Below, piece after piece: positions 1 to 10,159 of a stretch of 64,000 nt of DNA. Origin of the DNA: a virus (taxonomy: Duplodnaviria > Caudoviricetes); the IMG/VR virus record IMGVR_UViG_3300032038_000005, positions 32,001 to 96,000 of that record, one strand, 5' to 3'. Below the pieces are notes generated by a model. That model saw nothing but the letters and a program-made list of their open reading frames with translations. It ran no database searches and was not told where the DNA came from. The translations under genes were made by a program, and so were the position numbers. How positions within the stretch are numbered: position 1 is the stretch's first letter; the number at the start of each line of letters is the position of its first letter.

Positions 1-78
1 CCACAGACAGCATCGAACAACATGAACAATCCGAGCGGTAACTACTGGGGATTCTTCAATCCCGCATATGGAAAGTGA
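1..78 (+). CDS. 3' end of an upstream gene (partial, ...NNPSGNYWGFFNPAYGK*)
   Basis: Frame 1 is open from the window start to TGA at 76-78, just before the next gene. Confidence 0.5.
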   Translation, partial: PQTASNNMNNPSGNYWGFFNPAYGK

Positions 79-87
79 TGGTGTAAT

Positions 88-450
88 ATGACACTTCAGG
101 AATTATGCGATAGAATCGCGAATCCTGAGACCATCTATGTCAATCACAGCGAAGAGGTTCCTGATTATCTCGTGGAGCCTCTCAATGTGCTGGTAAAGCA
201 GATGCGTCTCAAAGTGAAAAAAGCAGAAACAATCGAAGTCATCTATCTCCAGAATCAGTTCGACGACATGTCACGTGTCTATCATATCCTGGATGAACAT
301 TACGATGGCGATGTAAACGACGCCCTCGCCACAGTACTCAGCAAGAGACTGTATGGTGTCGACTTCAACAACCTGAATCAGAAGGAAATGAACATTATTA
401 AAGTATTGACCATTTACCTTATGATACTCCCTTATGTCAATGAGGAATAA
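88..450 (+). CDS. hypothetical protein
   Basis: 120-aa ORF in a co-oriented run. Confidence 0.75.
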   Translation: MTLQELCDRIANPETIYVNHSEEVPDYLVEPLNVLVKQMRLKVKKAETIEVIYLQNQFDDMSRVYHILDEHYDGDVNDALATVLSKRLYGVDFNNLNQKEMNIIKVLTIYLMILPYVNEE

Positions 451-472
451 ACACAATTAGGAGGAAATCGTT

Positions 473-1141
473 ATGAGCAACAATACTACCCGTGAGAACA
501 ACAAAGCAGGCTGGCAGCCGCTTCCGAACAAGTTCTATGAAATCTCAGTCGGTGACATCCAGAAGTATCTGGAAGACTCTGTCCTCGGCTTCAAGATTGC
601 CTGCGACTGGGAAAGATGGACTGGCGTAACTGCATTTGCCGGTTATCTCCGCATGAGAGTTGTTATCAACCCGAAGGATATCGAAGTGGAAGACAAGTCC
701 AACGAATATGTTGACAAGATTGTCCGTCAGTATTCTGCTGAGAGAAACCTGGATAAGAACGTGATGGAGAACCTGACTCCCTTTATGTATCCGGGCAACA
801 TGAGACAGCTCTACATGGAGCAGAACAGACAGATGCTCCAGCACCTGAATGAGCTTGGTGTTGTTGGTGAGAAGCTGGATGAACTGGTACGTTATTCCAG
901 AATTAGCTTGGCAGTTGACCCGAGTTCCGGTAGACCGTATTATCGCCTGTACCTCAGACCGGAAAGAATCATCATCGACGGCTTGACAGACGCCGCAACA
1001 GACAAGGTTCAGGGTACACTCTTCATTCGCAGAATCTATGGTACCAAGCAGGAACAGTTCCGTGTGCTGGTGGAACGTGTCATGACAAACAATACCGTGA
1101 CAAATGACCTGAGTGTAGACCAGATTTTCAGACTCAGATAA
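473..1141 (+). CDS. hypothetical protein
   Basis: 222-aa ORF, AGGAGG SD, followed by a terminator hairpin. Confidence 0.85.
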   Translation: MSNNTTRENNKAGWQPLPNKFYEISVGDIQKYLEDSVLGFKIACDWERWTGVTAFAGYLRMRVVINPKDIEVEDKSNEYVDKIVRQYSAERNLDKNVMENLTPFMYPGNMRQLYMEQNRQMLQHLNELGVVGEKLDELVRYSRISLAVDPSSGRPYYRLYLRPERIIIDGLTDAATDKVQGTLFIRRIYGTKQEQFRVLVERVMTNNTVTNDLSVDQIFRLR

Positions 1142-1162
1142 TCGACACCATATCAAGAAGCA

Positions 1163-1198
1163 TGGTGGGGCTTGTCCCCACCATCTCGCTTCTGTTTC
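1163..1198 (+). terminator. intrinsic terminator-like hairpin
   Basis: tggtgggg-cttgt-ccccacca inverted repeat after the stop codon. Confidence 0.55.
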
Positions 1199-1205
1199 AA
1201 AAGAG

Positions 1206-2303
1206 GTGATAACTACGAACGTGATCGAACTAAATGAAATGCTGGATTTGATCAATCGTTTTTTTCGTAATACATCGACAAAAACATTGACGATTGGTGG
1301 AATTGTTGGTTCTCATCCATTATCCCATGTGATGGATATTGCAACGGGAATTGTTCCCTTTGAACAGATCTTGATATTGGAAGGATGCTCCGACTTTTGT
1401 TATCTACCGAAGCGATTCATTTCCAATTACATTCCATTCTCATATGTTTTTTCTGATGTGATTGTGGAACATGTACAACCAGAGACATTATTTCCCATCA
1501 ACTTTTATCAACAGAATCTCCCATATGTCAAAACCGTGAATGAGAAGTTGATCAATCATTATGAGATGATCATTATCAACAATGCACATTTGATTGATGG
1601 GGAATTGTTGCAACAGTTGATCAATACCTTTCCCCGGAAATGTGTTGCGATTGTTGACCCATATGATATTGGTGGAGAACAATTTATGGATGTTCCCGGA
1701 ATTGTGGATTGTTTGGAGAAGCAATCACCAATCATTGGTATGGCTCGAAATCTATGGGGTATCAACACTCGTGCAATCGACAAACATGCCCGTGGTTCTG
1801 TCTCTACTGGAAAAGTCACACGAAAAGGAATTGGTAAACTGGATGGGAGAATGTATGTATGTGATGATCATGAGTTCATCACAACTGCACAATCACAACA
1901 ACAGCGACAGCATCTCAGAAAAGGACAACGATTTTTCATTACGGATGACCGATCCTTTACTGCACTCGATGACGCAAATCAATTGCATGTGTTGACAAAG
2001 AATATGATGCTGATAATGTATCGAGCAAATACAACATCTCCATTGCCACAACAATTCCGATTATATCACGCAAGACATATCATTCGATTGGAAATTGCAT
2101 ATGACAATATGAGACATTATCCCAATGAACATGATTACCATATTAAAGTAAAACCGGCAAATGTATTGTCCATTGCAGAATCCCGATATCATCGCTATGT
2201 CAATACAGCATTGGTATGTACAAAAGAAATCTCAACACGAGAGTTGTATTCTGTCATGAAGAACTCGATTAACTTAACAATCTGCAAAGTAAAGGGGATG
2301 TGA
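1206..2303 (+). CDS. Dda/RecD-like (SF1B) helicase homologue with degenerate catalytic motifs
   Basis: TLTIGGIVGSHP at the Walker A position, IIINNAHLI at Walker B, AIVDPYDI, PANVLSIAESRYHRY at motif V and RELYSVMKNS at motif VI; exact start uncertain. Confidence 0.55.
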   Translation: MITTNVIELNEMLDLINRFFRNTSTKTLTIGGIVGSHPLSHVMDIATGIVPFEQILILEGCSDFCYLPKRFISNYIPFSYVFSDVIVEHVQPETLFPINFYQQNLPYVKTVNEKLINHYEMIIINNAHLIDGELLQQLINTFPRKCVAIVDPYDIGGEQFMDVPGIVDCLEKQSPIIGMARNLWGINTRAIDKHARGSVSTGKVTRKGIGKLDGRMYVCDDHEFITTAQSQQQRQHLRKGQRFFITDDRSFTALDDANQLHVLTKNMMLIMYRANTTSPLPQQFRLYHARHIIRLEIAYDNMRHYPNEHDYHIKVKPANVLSIAESRYHRYVNTALVCTKEISTRELYSVMKNSINLTICKVKGM

Positions 2304-2956
2304 ATGTGAGACTATTTGGATTGGACATTGTAAGATGCTCTAAACGTGATATCAATGAAGAACAAGTTTACAAGAAAACGGTTGTGGAATTATACAATCA
2401 CATCGTAGACTTTTTGGAAATGTTGGAAGATCTGATGGATCCGGAATATCAGCAATTTGATGAAGAACAGCTTGTTCAACTCATGTTTCAAAAAACGGAG
2501 ACAATCTGCAAACTCATCATCATGTATGAACACAATAAGTTTTCCACACCAATCACCGCTGTTTCTATTTTGATGAAAATGAATCAGCTTCGTGAACATG
2601 CATCTGATTTGCAGAATTTCATGTTGCATCATGTTGCTGCACAAAATCATGTGGAAGATTTTGAACAGAACTATGAAGACGAATATCAAGAAGAGGTGAA
2701 AGATATTCGACAACAATATCAAGATGTGAATCAGAAGTATTGGCGAACCAAACGGCACATGCTTAAGATTCTGATTGCGGATATAAATCGAATGGCTTCC
2801 ATTGTTCAATATGACTTATTCAAAGTCATATTTGGTGTCGATATCATTCGCACACATAAACAACGCCACAAACTCCCTCATGGAGTTCCAGAATTCAAAG
2901 TTCAGATTTATCAAGATCTGAATCAGAATCAATCACCAAAGGAGGATATTATATGA
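2300..2956 (+). CDS. hypothetical protein
   Basis: 218-aa ORF; GTGA overlap with the upstream stop; AAGGGG SD. Confidence 0.75.
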   Translation: MNVRLFGLDIVRCSKRDINEEQVYKKTVVELYNHIVDFLEMLEDLMDPEYQQFDEEQLVQLMFQKTETICKLIIMYEHNKFSTPITAVSILMKMNQLREHASDLQNFMLHHVAAQNHVEDFEQNYEDEYQEEVKDIRQQYQDVNQKYWRTKRHMLKILIADINRMASIVQYDLFKVIFGVDIIRTHKQRHKLPHGVPEFKVQIYQDLNQNQSPKEDII

Positions 2957-4728
2957 GTATTACAATTAATGAAGCAGAAATGATGGGTCAAGGCAAAATG
3001 GTGTATGACTATACACAGTATGGACATGACAATCACGTGAATGTGATTACAGAAGAGGCGTTCAAGCATCTCGTTACAGACACATTCAAAGTCATTACGG
3101 ATGTTCTCAGAGAGACATATGGTCCGTATGGTTCCACCATCATGATTTCAGAGAACAATGAAACGACAGCAACAAAGGATGGTTATAACATCTACAATGC
3201 TTTGTATTTCGGCCATCAGTATAAAAAGATGGTATACCTTGCCATCAAGAAGATTATCGAACGCGTCAACAATAACGTCGGCGATGGCACCACATCTTGC
3301 ATTCTATTAGCGGAGAAAATTTTCAATCGCATCAATGAGATTGTTAAAACATCCGAAGACAAGCGCAATGTTCAGAATGTACTCAACTTCATTGAGAACA
3401 ACCTGCAGTCATCGACAGAATTGGCCATTGATAGAAATGATGGTAATATGATTAAACCATTAACGGAAGAATCATTGAGTGCATTATTGATGGTGGCGGC
3501 AAACTATGATACGGAGTTAGTTGACCATTTGATGGATGCATTGCAACCCGTATGCAAAGAACCGAATGATCCTCGTACGCCAATTGTCTCCATGAACAAT
3601 GTCATCGTCGATTCTGCTGGTAAGTATGAGGCAAGTTCCACCACATACAAAACCCAAATTCTTCCCGGTGATTATCGTGTCAGAATTAACATGGATCCCC
3701 GTTTTGCATTGGCATTGGACAGACCTTCTACCATGAGAGTGATTCTGTATGACCACACTTTTGCAGAATCAGAGTGGGATGCCATTGAGACAGCATTTGG
3801 TAAGAATAATGATGAACCAATTATGATTATTGCCCGCACATTTTCTGCAGTGTTCATGAATAACACATTCGTTCGTCATTGTAAGAGACGTGAATTAGCT
3901 GGACTTCCAACCCCATATCGACTTGTGGAAATTGTATCCGGATATTTCCAAGATGAGATTCATGACTTAGCTGCTGTTCTCGGTACAAAAGCACACACGG
4001 TTCATGACCTGGCAATCGACAAAGATGAAGTTCCATTTGCGAAACTCTCCGTGTTCAATTATGACTGCCTGGCATTCTATGATTTAACATCCCCGGATGA
4101 ATATACTGAACTTCTCCGCATTGCATATTCTCATGAGAAAAGTTATGCAAAACGAACCCTTCTCAATGACAGAATTAATGCGTTAGAAATGAAGACGAAA
4201 GATTCTATCATCTCTGTCACTGCAGAATCGACATTGGAACAGAAACTGTTATCAGACAAACTGGATGACTGTGTGGCAATTGCCAAATCTGCATTGGAAT
4301 ATGGTGTCGTGCCGAATATGCTGCGATACGGATTCAAACGCACATTCCGTGTCTTTTTCAACAATGAAGATGAAGACTCGCTAGAATGGAAAATTACACA
4401 AGCTATTTGTGATTCCATTGAAGACCTTGCGGATGATATCTGGAAGTCCAAATACAAATCCCCGACAGAAGAGAGCAAGGAGAAATGGATTCGCCAGCAG
4501 CGAGCATATTTCTATCATACTGAAAAATTGGAACAGTCCTATGACATCATTACAGATGCTTTACTTCCTACGGAAGAACTTCCGACATCTGCACAGTATG
4601 ACATGGAGATTCTAATTGCTTCCATCTCCATTGTCAAGTACATCCTCTCAGCGCGTGCACTCATCTTTGATGCACATCTTGTACAACCGCAGGGTGACGA
4701 TGGACATTTCCAGTTCATGGGTGATTAA
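2953..4728 (+). CDS. groEL: GroEL-like phage chaperonin
   Basis: TYGPYG, TKDG, VGDGTTS, AANYD and GVVP chaperonin motifs; 591 aa. Confidence 0.9.
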   Translation: MSITINEAEMMGQGKMVYDYTQYGHDNHVNVITEEAFKHLVTDTFKVITDVLRETYGPYGSTIMISENNETTATKDGYNIYNALYFGHQYKKMVYLAIKKIIERVNNNVGDGTTSCILLAEKIFNRINEIVKTSEDKRNVQNVLNFIENNLQSSTELAIDRNDGNMIKPLTEESLSALLMVAANYDTELVDHLMDALQPVCKEPNDPRTPIVSMNNVIVDSAGKYEASSTTYKTQILPGDYRVRINMDPRFALALDRPSTMRVILYDHTFAESEWDAIETAFGKNNDEPIMIIARTFSAVFMNNTFVRHCKRRELAGLPTPYRLVEIVSGYFQDEIHDLAAVLGTKAHTVHDLAIDKDEVPFAKLSVFNYDCLAFYDLTSPDEYTELLRIAYSHEKSYAKRTLLNDRINALEMKTKDSIISVTAESTLEQKLLSDKLDDCVAIAKSALEYGVVPNMLRYGFKRTFRVFFNNEDEDSLEWKITQAICDSIEDLADDIWKSKYKSPTEESKEKWIRQQRAYFYHTEKLEQSYDIITDALLPTEELPTSAQYDMEILIASISIVKYILSARALIFDAHLVQPQGDDGHFQFMGD

Positions 4729-4737
4729 TGAAATGAA

Positions 4738-4766
4738 CCGGGGCTTCGGCCCCGGAACATTTATTC
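4738..4766 (+). terminator. intrinsic terminator
   Basis: ccggggc-ttcg-gccccgg hairpin with a UUCG loop. Confidence 0.7.
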
Positions 4767-4778
4767 AACTAACTTTTT

Positions 4779-4790
4779 GACATCAGGTTA
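4779..4790 (+). promoter_or_regulatory. putative late/middle promoter RACR-N6-TA
   Basis: GACA-TCAGGT-TA upstream of dnaB; the same spacing recurs before several genes. Confidence 0.45.
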
Positions 4791-4815
4791 GAAATACAAA
4801 ATTGGAGTGAAAATT

Positions 4816-6309
4816 ATGAAACAATTGAAATCTGTCATGTATAAGCATATCTGTTCTATCTTGGCATCTGACAGAACAGATTTAAAGAGTTCGCAGACAC
4901 AGGTGCTTTTTTCAAGAGTCTTATCTGAATACCCGTCCAAATCGGTATACTGTTTGGCAGCGCATCGACTCTTGTCGTACTTTGAACGCAGTGTCAATAG
5001 TGTCAATCTCATTTTGGAGATTATGAAAGATGAGGGAGAAGACGAAGAAATCATGGAGAACATTAAGTTCTTGCGTGAAAATCCATCCATCAAAAACCAG
5101 TCTGAAGTCATGAGTCTCTGTATGGTATTATCAGACTATGTCAAGTATGCAAAATTGTTAAAGGCGAAGAATTCGTTTATCAAGTCTTTGGATATGTTGG
5201 ATGACGATGAAGCCCCCATCAAAGAGACAGTCGACACCTTGTACAAGTTGTCCAATGCCATTGTGAATGCATATAATGTCACAAATGTATCAGCGACGCA
5301 ACATACCTTTGACACAAATGACAGAGATGCGATGAAATCGGTGATTGCATCAACATTGGATTCCCGTTCCGCAGATAAATGTATCATCACTTCGATCCGT
5401 GGATTGAATCAATTGTTATCTCCTGGATATCTGTCTGGTTGTTTATATGTGTATGCAGGATTACCCGGTAACTACAAATCTGGTATTCTGTTACAGTCAC
5501 ATGTGGACACGTGTCGTTATAATGAACATTTGAAGAACATCACAAATGGGAAGACACCTATCTCGATTTATATCTCGATGGAGAACACGATGGAACAGAC
5601 CGTTCGTAGATTGTGGAGCTTATTATTCCCAACGGCGGATATGTCCTTGTTTTCAGTTGATGAAGCATGTGATATGATTGCGAACGCTTTAACAGAAAAG
5701 GGAATTCGAAGTGTTTTGTTGTATTATGGATATCGCGAAAAGTCCACGGCAGATATTGCGAACATCATCCGTTCCTTTAATACAGATACAACAGAAGTCA
5801 TTGCACTATACTTTGATTATATCAAACGAGTTCGGCCTGCTCGTACAGATGCTGCAGCATCGGCATCAGAAAAGAGTGAGCTTCATGCGATTATGAATGA
5901 ATTCAAATTGATTGCGGTTCAGTTCAATATTCCCATCGTGACCGGACATCAGCTCAACCGTGTTGCCGCACAAGCTATTGACGATGCGGTTTCTCATGGT
6001 CACTTTGATAAATCATCTGAATTGCTGGGTCGTTCACAAGTTGGAACTGCGTGGGAAGTCATGGAAGTAGCCGACTTCCTCGGGATTATCAATATTGAGA
6101 ATGCGGGTGATAATAAGTATCTGATGATGAAAGCAGTAAAGCAACGTGATAAACAAAACGTACCAGAAAATGAGATTACGGCAATTCGTCATCCGTTCAT
6201 CTCCACGGATTCCTTTGCATTGAAACCCGATATCATGGAAAATTGTTCATTGTCCATACCCATCTTCTTCGGGAAACAGATGCAGAATTTCATGACAAAC
6301 AATATTTGA
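4816..6309 (+). CDS. dnaB: DnaB-like replicative helicase
   Basis: Walker A variant GLPGNYKS, YISMEN, YFDYI, IPIVTGHQLNR (SF4 motifs). Confidence 0.85.
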   Translation: MKQLKSVMYKHICSILASDRTDLKSSQTQVLFSRVLSEYPSKSVYCLAAHRLLSYFERSVNSVNLILEIMKDEGEDEEIMENIKFLRENPSIKNQSEVMSLCMVLSDYVKYAKLLKAKNSFIKSLDMLDDDEAPIKETVDTLYKLSNAIVNAYNVTNVSATQHTFDTNDRDAMKSVIASTLDSRSADKCIITSIRGLNQLLSPGYLSGCLYVYAGLPGNYKSGILLQSHVDTCRYNEHLKNITNGKTPISIYISMENTMEQTVRRLWSLLFPTADMSLFSVDEACDMIANALTEKGIRSVLLYYGYREKSTADIANIIRSFNTDTTEVIALYFDYIKRVRPARTDAAASASEKSELHAIMNEFKLIAVQFNIPIVTGHQLNRVAAQAIDDAVSHGHFDKSSELLGRSQVGTAWEVMEVADFLGIINIENAGDNKYLMMKAVKQRDKQNVPENEITAIRHPFISTDSFALKPDIMENCSLSIPIFFGKQMQNFMTNNI

Positions 6310-6330
6310 AATAATTTTATTATTTCAGGT

Positions 6331-6349
6331 ATATGTATAATTTAAGTGA
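6331..6349 (+). promoter_or_regulatory. putative early promoter
   Basis: ATATGTATAATTTAAGTGA matches the recurrent ATAYRTAWWATT-N4-TGA motif. Confidence 0.6.
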
Positions 6350-6409
6350 GAAGGAGACCTACTACGGTATACTTCGTCAAAAATCTTTATCATTAGGAGG
6401 AATGCTTTT

Positions 6410-7063
6410 ATGAGCATCTTACAGCTTCAGCAGCGCGTTTTGTCGCCGGATGCTGCAATCGACTACTCGACAGTCATCATGCAGTCTTATCCCTCATACG
6501 CAATTCAGCGCGAACCGTTCGTTGGTTTCAAGATTCTGTGCAGGGACACACAGGTCAACGGAAACTACAACATGCAGTACGGCAACTGCGAACAGAGAAT
6601 GAACCAGATTGACTCGTTTCTCCAGCAGTCACGTATTCTGATGGGAACAGGTGTTATCCTGAGAGCCACACACTTTCAGATGCCGGACGGTATTTGGGTC
6701 ATCACAATGCCGGTGCCCCGTAGCCAGGTGACGACATCTCTGAACAACCTGTTCAATGTGCTCCGTGTTCTGGAACAGCAGCTTGGTATTATTCTTACCG
6801 GTGACCAGTATGAGGTTTGTGTATCCGGTAGATGCCCGCTGAATGAAACGGAGACTATCCTTGGTTCTCTCTGTCTGCCTGAGAACTATCGCAGAATCTT
6901 ACAGCCGCCGTCAAACACACCGTACAAGGACGGCCATCTCATCCGTATCAATGACGTATATGCCTGCTTCCGCACCAGATACAGTCCTGGTATTGTTCCG
7001 GTACAGACATTGTACGAAATGTTGATGACAGTGAGCAGCTTGATTGCTGCCATCTATCGCTAA
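6410..7063 (+). CDS. hypothetical protein
   Basis: 217-aa ORF, AGGAGG SD. Confidence 0.8.
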   Translation: MSILQLQQRVLSPDAAIDYSTVIMQSYPSYAIQREPFVGFKILCRDTQVNGNYNMQYGNCEQRMNQIDSFLQQSRILMGTGVILRATHFQMPDGIWVITMPVPRSQVTTSLNNLFNVLRVLEQQLGIILTGDQYEVCVSGRCPLNETETILGSLCLPENYRRILQPPSNTPYKDGHLIRINDVYACFRTRYSPGIVPVQTLYEMLMTVSSLIAAIYR

Positions 7064-7084
7064 TTTATTAAGGAGGAAATCATT

Positions 7085-7843
7085 ATGAGCAACTACAGTA
7101 ACAATCCGGATTATCCGACAAACGTGGGTTCCTTCGGAACCAACATCTTCCAGCAGAATCAGTCTGCAGGTTACGGCAACCAGTTCTACTACGGTGGAGC
7201 TGGTTATGGTACACAGATGGTGCCTGACACAGCAGCACGCAGAGCAGATGGTTTTGCAGTACAGCAGCCGGTACAGCAGTATCCTGGTAGCTTCAGTCAA
7301 CCTCAGCAGCAGGTACCACCGCAGTCTCAGATTCCCACAGGTGTTGGCCAGATGCTGAGCACACCGGAACAGGGTGTACAACCGTATTCAAGTTATCCGC
7401 CGAATAATAACACCCCGTCATTTAATAGCTTCATGACAGATGCAAGAAGAGCGGACGCACACATGGCACAGGCAGTCGGTAATAATCCGTGGGCACAGAA
7501 CCAGGTACCACCGCCTCCTGTTACCCAGAATCCCGGTTATGTTCCTCCTCAGCAGATGGGATATGCACCAATGCAGGGTGATGCAATGACGCAGTATGGC
7601 CCACAGTTCATGGGCAACAATCCCTTCGACAAATCCAAACAGACAGGTGGATGGACAAATCAGTATATGGCACAACAACCGTATGTACAGCAGAATCCGA
7701 CAATGTGGCAGAATCCCAATCAGGTACAGCAGCCTGCTCCTGTGGTATATAGCTTCCCGAATAACAATCCGATGGGAATGTTTCCTCAGCAGGGACCGAC
7801 ACTCGGCTGGGAAGCCATGTCTAACCAGAGCTGGAATAAGTAA
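7085..7843 (+). CDS. Q/N/P/G/Y-rich low-complexity (prion-like) protein
   Basis: AAGGAGG SD; 252 aa dominated by Q, N, P, G, Y, M with very few charged residues. Confidence 0.8.
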   Translation: MSNYSNNPDYPTNVGSFGTNIFQQNQSAGYGNQFYYGGAGYGTQMVPDTAARRADGFAVQQPVQQYPGSFSQPQQQVPPQSQIPTGVGQMLSTPEQGVQPYSSYPPNNNTPSFNSFMTDARRADAHMAQAVGNNPWAQNQVPPPPVTQNPGYVPPQQMGYAPMQGDAMTQYGPQFMGNNPFDKSKQTGGWTNQYMAQQPYVQQNPTMWQNPNQVQQPAPVVYSFPNNNPMGMFPQQGPTLGWEAMSNQSWNK

Positions 7844-7910
7844 TCTCCGTAATGCGAATGGGGTGCAACGCACCCCATCTCGCTTTGTTTTGATGAAAGA
7901 AGGGAAAAGA

Positions 7911-8753
7911 ATGGAACAAGAAATGCGGACGTTCCGTTCCCGTCTGAATAGTTTGCCACTTGAACTGAAAGTACAGCTTGGAGAAATCTCGTTCCAAAAG
8001 GGGATGTTACCGACATCCCGACGTGATAAGATTTCGGAATTGTTCTCGCAGTACAATATCGAGTTTAAGAATATTGGGACGGGTACAAACAGACACATCA
8101 TCAAATATGATGGTTATGTCATTAAGATTGCATTGGACAAAGAGGGAATTGCTGATAACAAACAGGAATGGGTCATGGCAGATAAGTTAGCACCTCATGT
8201 TGCAATGGCATATGAAATCTCAAAAGGTGGACATCTGTTAGTGTCGGAATACTGTCCGGCATTCTCCAACTTTTATGAATTAACATTATATCGTGAATCC
8301 ATTCGTGAGATTCTCAATGGGTGGGCATCACAATTCCTGATTGGTGATGTTGGGATTGTGGATAAGAACTATGCCAACTGGGGATTGAATAAAGGGAAAC
8401 CGGTATGTATCGACTATGCCTATTTGTTCCCGGTATCAATGAATATCTTCACATGTATTTGTGGTAACCGAGCTATGACTATGGACGATTCATTCTCCAC
8501 ATACAAGTGCATCAAATGTCATCGTTCTTACTCAGATGCAGAATTGAGAATGGCTATCACACAAGCAGACCGACTGAAAATGTTTGAGGACATTCCCGGA
8601 TTGGAGATGCATGATGTCGAAGAACAGCATCCTGTCGATATCAAATATAAGAAGCGGAACATGAATCCAGATTATCCAGATGACTATGAAGTCACAGTAG
8701 ATGCAATGCATTATCTGATGGCAACAGGTCAGTTCAATCCATTTAATGATTGA
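7911..8753 (+). CDS. protein kinase-like protein with C-terminal Zn ribbon
   Basis: Gly loop IGTGTNR, VIKIA (Lys), NKQEW (helix C Glu), D-x7-NWG catalytic loop, CIDYA (DFG equivalent); CICG...CIKC. Confidence 0.75.
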   Translation: MEQEMRTFRSRLNSLPLELKVQLGEISFQKGMLPTSRRDKISELFSQYNIEFKNIGTGTNRHIIKYDGYVIKIALDKEGIADNKQEWVMADKLAPHVAMAYEISKGGHLLVSEYCPAFSNFYELTLYRESIREILNGWASQFLIGDVGIVDKNYANWGLNKGKPVCIDYAYLFPVSMNIFTCICGNRAMTMDDSFSTYKCIKCHRSYSDAELRMAITQADRLKMFEDIPGLEMHDVEEQHPVDIKYKKRNMNPDYPDDYEVTVDAMHYLMATGQFNPFND

Positions 8754-8766
8754 GAAAGGAGTTATT

Positions 8767-9450
8767 ATGCATTATTCAAATTATATCAAATGCAACAAAC
8801 CGGCGGTCGTAGTACCGCCGACTCCTGTTGTGGAAACGGCACCCCAACAGGTAGAAACACGTACAACGCCGGAGAATGTCGTTCCTCTGGAAAACATTCC
8901 CTCCGTGAATCCCGACCAAGTACAGCTTGACATTCCAGTGATGGCACCACCGAATCCCAAAGTGACAAATCTCGTGCAGAACAATCCGATTGTAAATAAG
9001 ATGGAACAGATTCTGACGAATGGAAATCCCATCACAACCATGAAGCTGAATAAGATTCTGGGATATATGATTGATGAAGCAGAGGGAAGATTGTCCGAAC
9101 CGGAAACGATGTTGGATGAAGACGAGGCAAACACCGTGATGGAATATCTCATTCATCTGCAGGACACATACTTCGAAAATATCCCATTAACAGAACAGCC
9201 GTCCAGATTGTTTGTCTGGAATATCCCCAAACAGTTGTACAATGCAATGTGCAAAGCCATTGAAGAAGAACAGCCCGACATCTTCAATCCGATGTTCTAT
9301 TTTTACTTGTCTATGACGGACTATCCGGGACTTGCAGTGGCACATTATCTGCATATCATGATTGATAACGGCTATGACAATATTCAGACAGTGAAACAAC
9401 TGGAACAGCAGTATCTCTCCATGGTCGAAGAAGTGGATGACGATGAGTGA
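8767..9450 (+). CDS. hypothetical protein, Pro-rich N-terminus
   Basis: GAAAGGA SD; followed by a terminator. Confidence 0.75.
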   Translation: MHYSNYIKCNKPAVVVPPTPVVETAPQQVETRTTPENVVPLENIPSVNPDQVQLDIPVMAPPNPKVTNLVQNNPIVNKMEQILTNGNPITTMKLNKILGYMIDEAEGRLSEPETMLDEDEANTVMEYLIHLQDTYFENIPLTEQPSRLFVWNIPKQLYNAMCKAIEEEQPDIFNPMFYFYLSMTDYPGLAVAHYLHIMIDNGYDNIQTVKQLEQQYLSMVEEVDDDE

Positions 9451-9456
9451 ACCCAA

Positions 9457-9489
9457 TATGGGCGGGAAATTCCCGCCCATTATTTTTAT
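9457..9489 (+). terminator. intrinsic terminator
   Basis: atgggcggga-aat-tcccgcccat followed by a T-run. Confidence 0.7.
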
Positions 9490-9510
9490 TGATTAGAAAG
9501 GATGATTCTT

Positions 9511-10125
9511 ATGTCAACAATTCCGAATGAACTCAAAAGCAAACTTAACAAGTTAAACTTCACCGAAGTAGATGGCAAACCCGTGAAAGAAGAAGGTTCC
9601 ATTGAAGCTGACCACGATATCAAGATGGATGGCGAATTTCATCAGTTTGAGGGTGGTGGTATTCGTTACACTAAAACAGGTAAAGGCAGATTTGATTTAA
9701 TCCCATGGGATGTGATCATGAATATTGTATATCTGACTGCGGACTCTATGGATGATATGGATACTGTGTACACCTTCCCCAATCTGTTAATGTCACTTGC
9801 AGAACAAGATGTCGTTGATGTGATCCGTTACATCACGGCAATCAAATATGGCGAGAACCATTATACGTCTGGAGCAGTCGCCATGATGCTTCGTGATTTG
9901 GCCAAACATTACGAAAAAGGTGCTGATAAATACGGGGTCGACAATTGGAAGAAAGGAATTCCCAGTGACAGCTTCTGGGATTCTGGATGCCGTCACACCA
10001 TGCAGTATATTTGTGGAGAAACAGATGAACCACACTACATCTCCGCCATCTGGAATATGATTGGATATTTGTGGGTAGAAGATAATTATGGTGTGTCCGC
10101 TGTAGAAGAAAATAGTAATGAATAA
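9511..10125 (+). CDS. dATP/dGTP diphosphohydrolase-like (DUF5664-type) protein
   Basis: GKGRFDLIP, GADKYGVDNWKKGIP, DS..RH and H..SAIWN signature. Confidence 0.75.
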   Translation: MSTIPNELKSKLNKLNFTEVDGKPVKEEGSIEADHDIKMDGEFHQFEGGGIRYTKTGKGRFDLIPWDVIMNIVYLTADSMDDMDTVYTFPNLLMSLAEQDVVDVIRYITAIKYGENHYTSGAVAMMLRDLAKHYEKGADKYGVDNWKKGIPSDSFWDSGCRHTMQYICGETDEPHYISAIWNMIGYLWVEDNYGVSAVEENSNE

Positions 10126-10159
10126 ATATATCATTCATGTGAAAGCGAGGTTTTAAAAT

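Noticed and set aside
7596-7910. Upstream extension of the kinase ORF
   Set aside because: Overlaps the Q-rich gene and an intergenic hairpin; ATG 7911 has a purine-rich SD.
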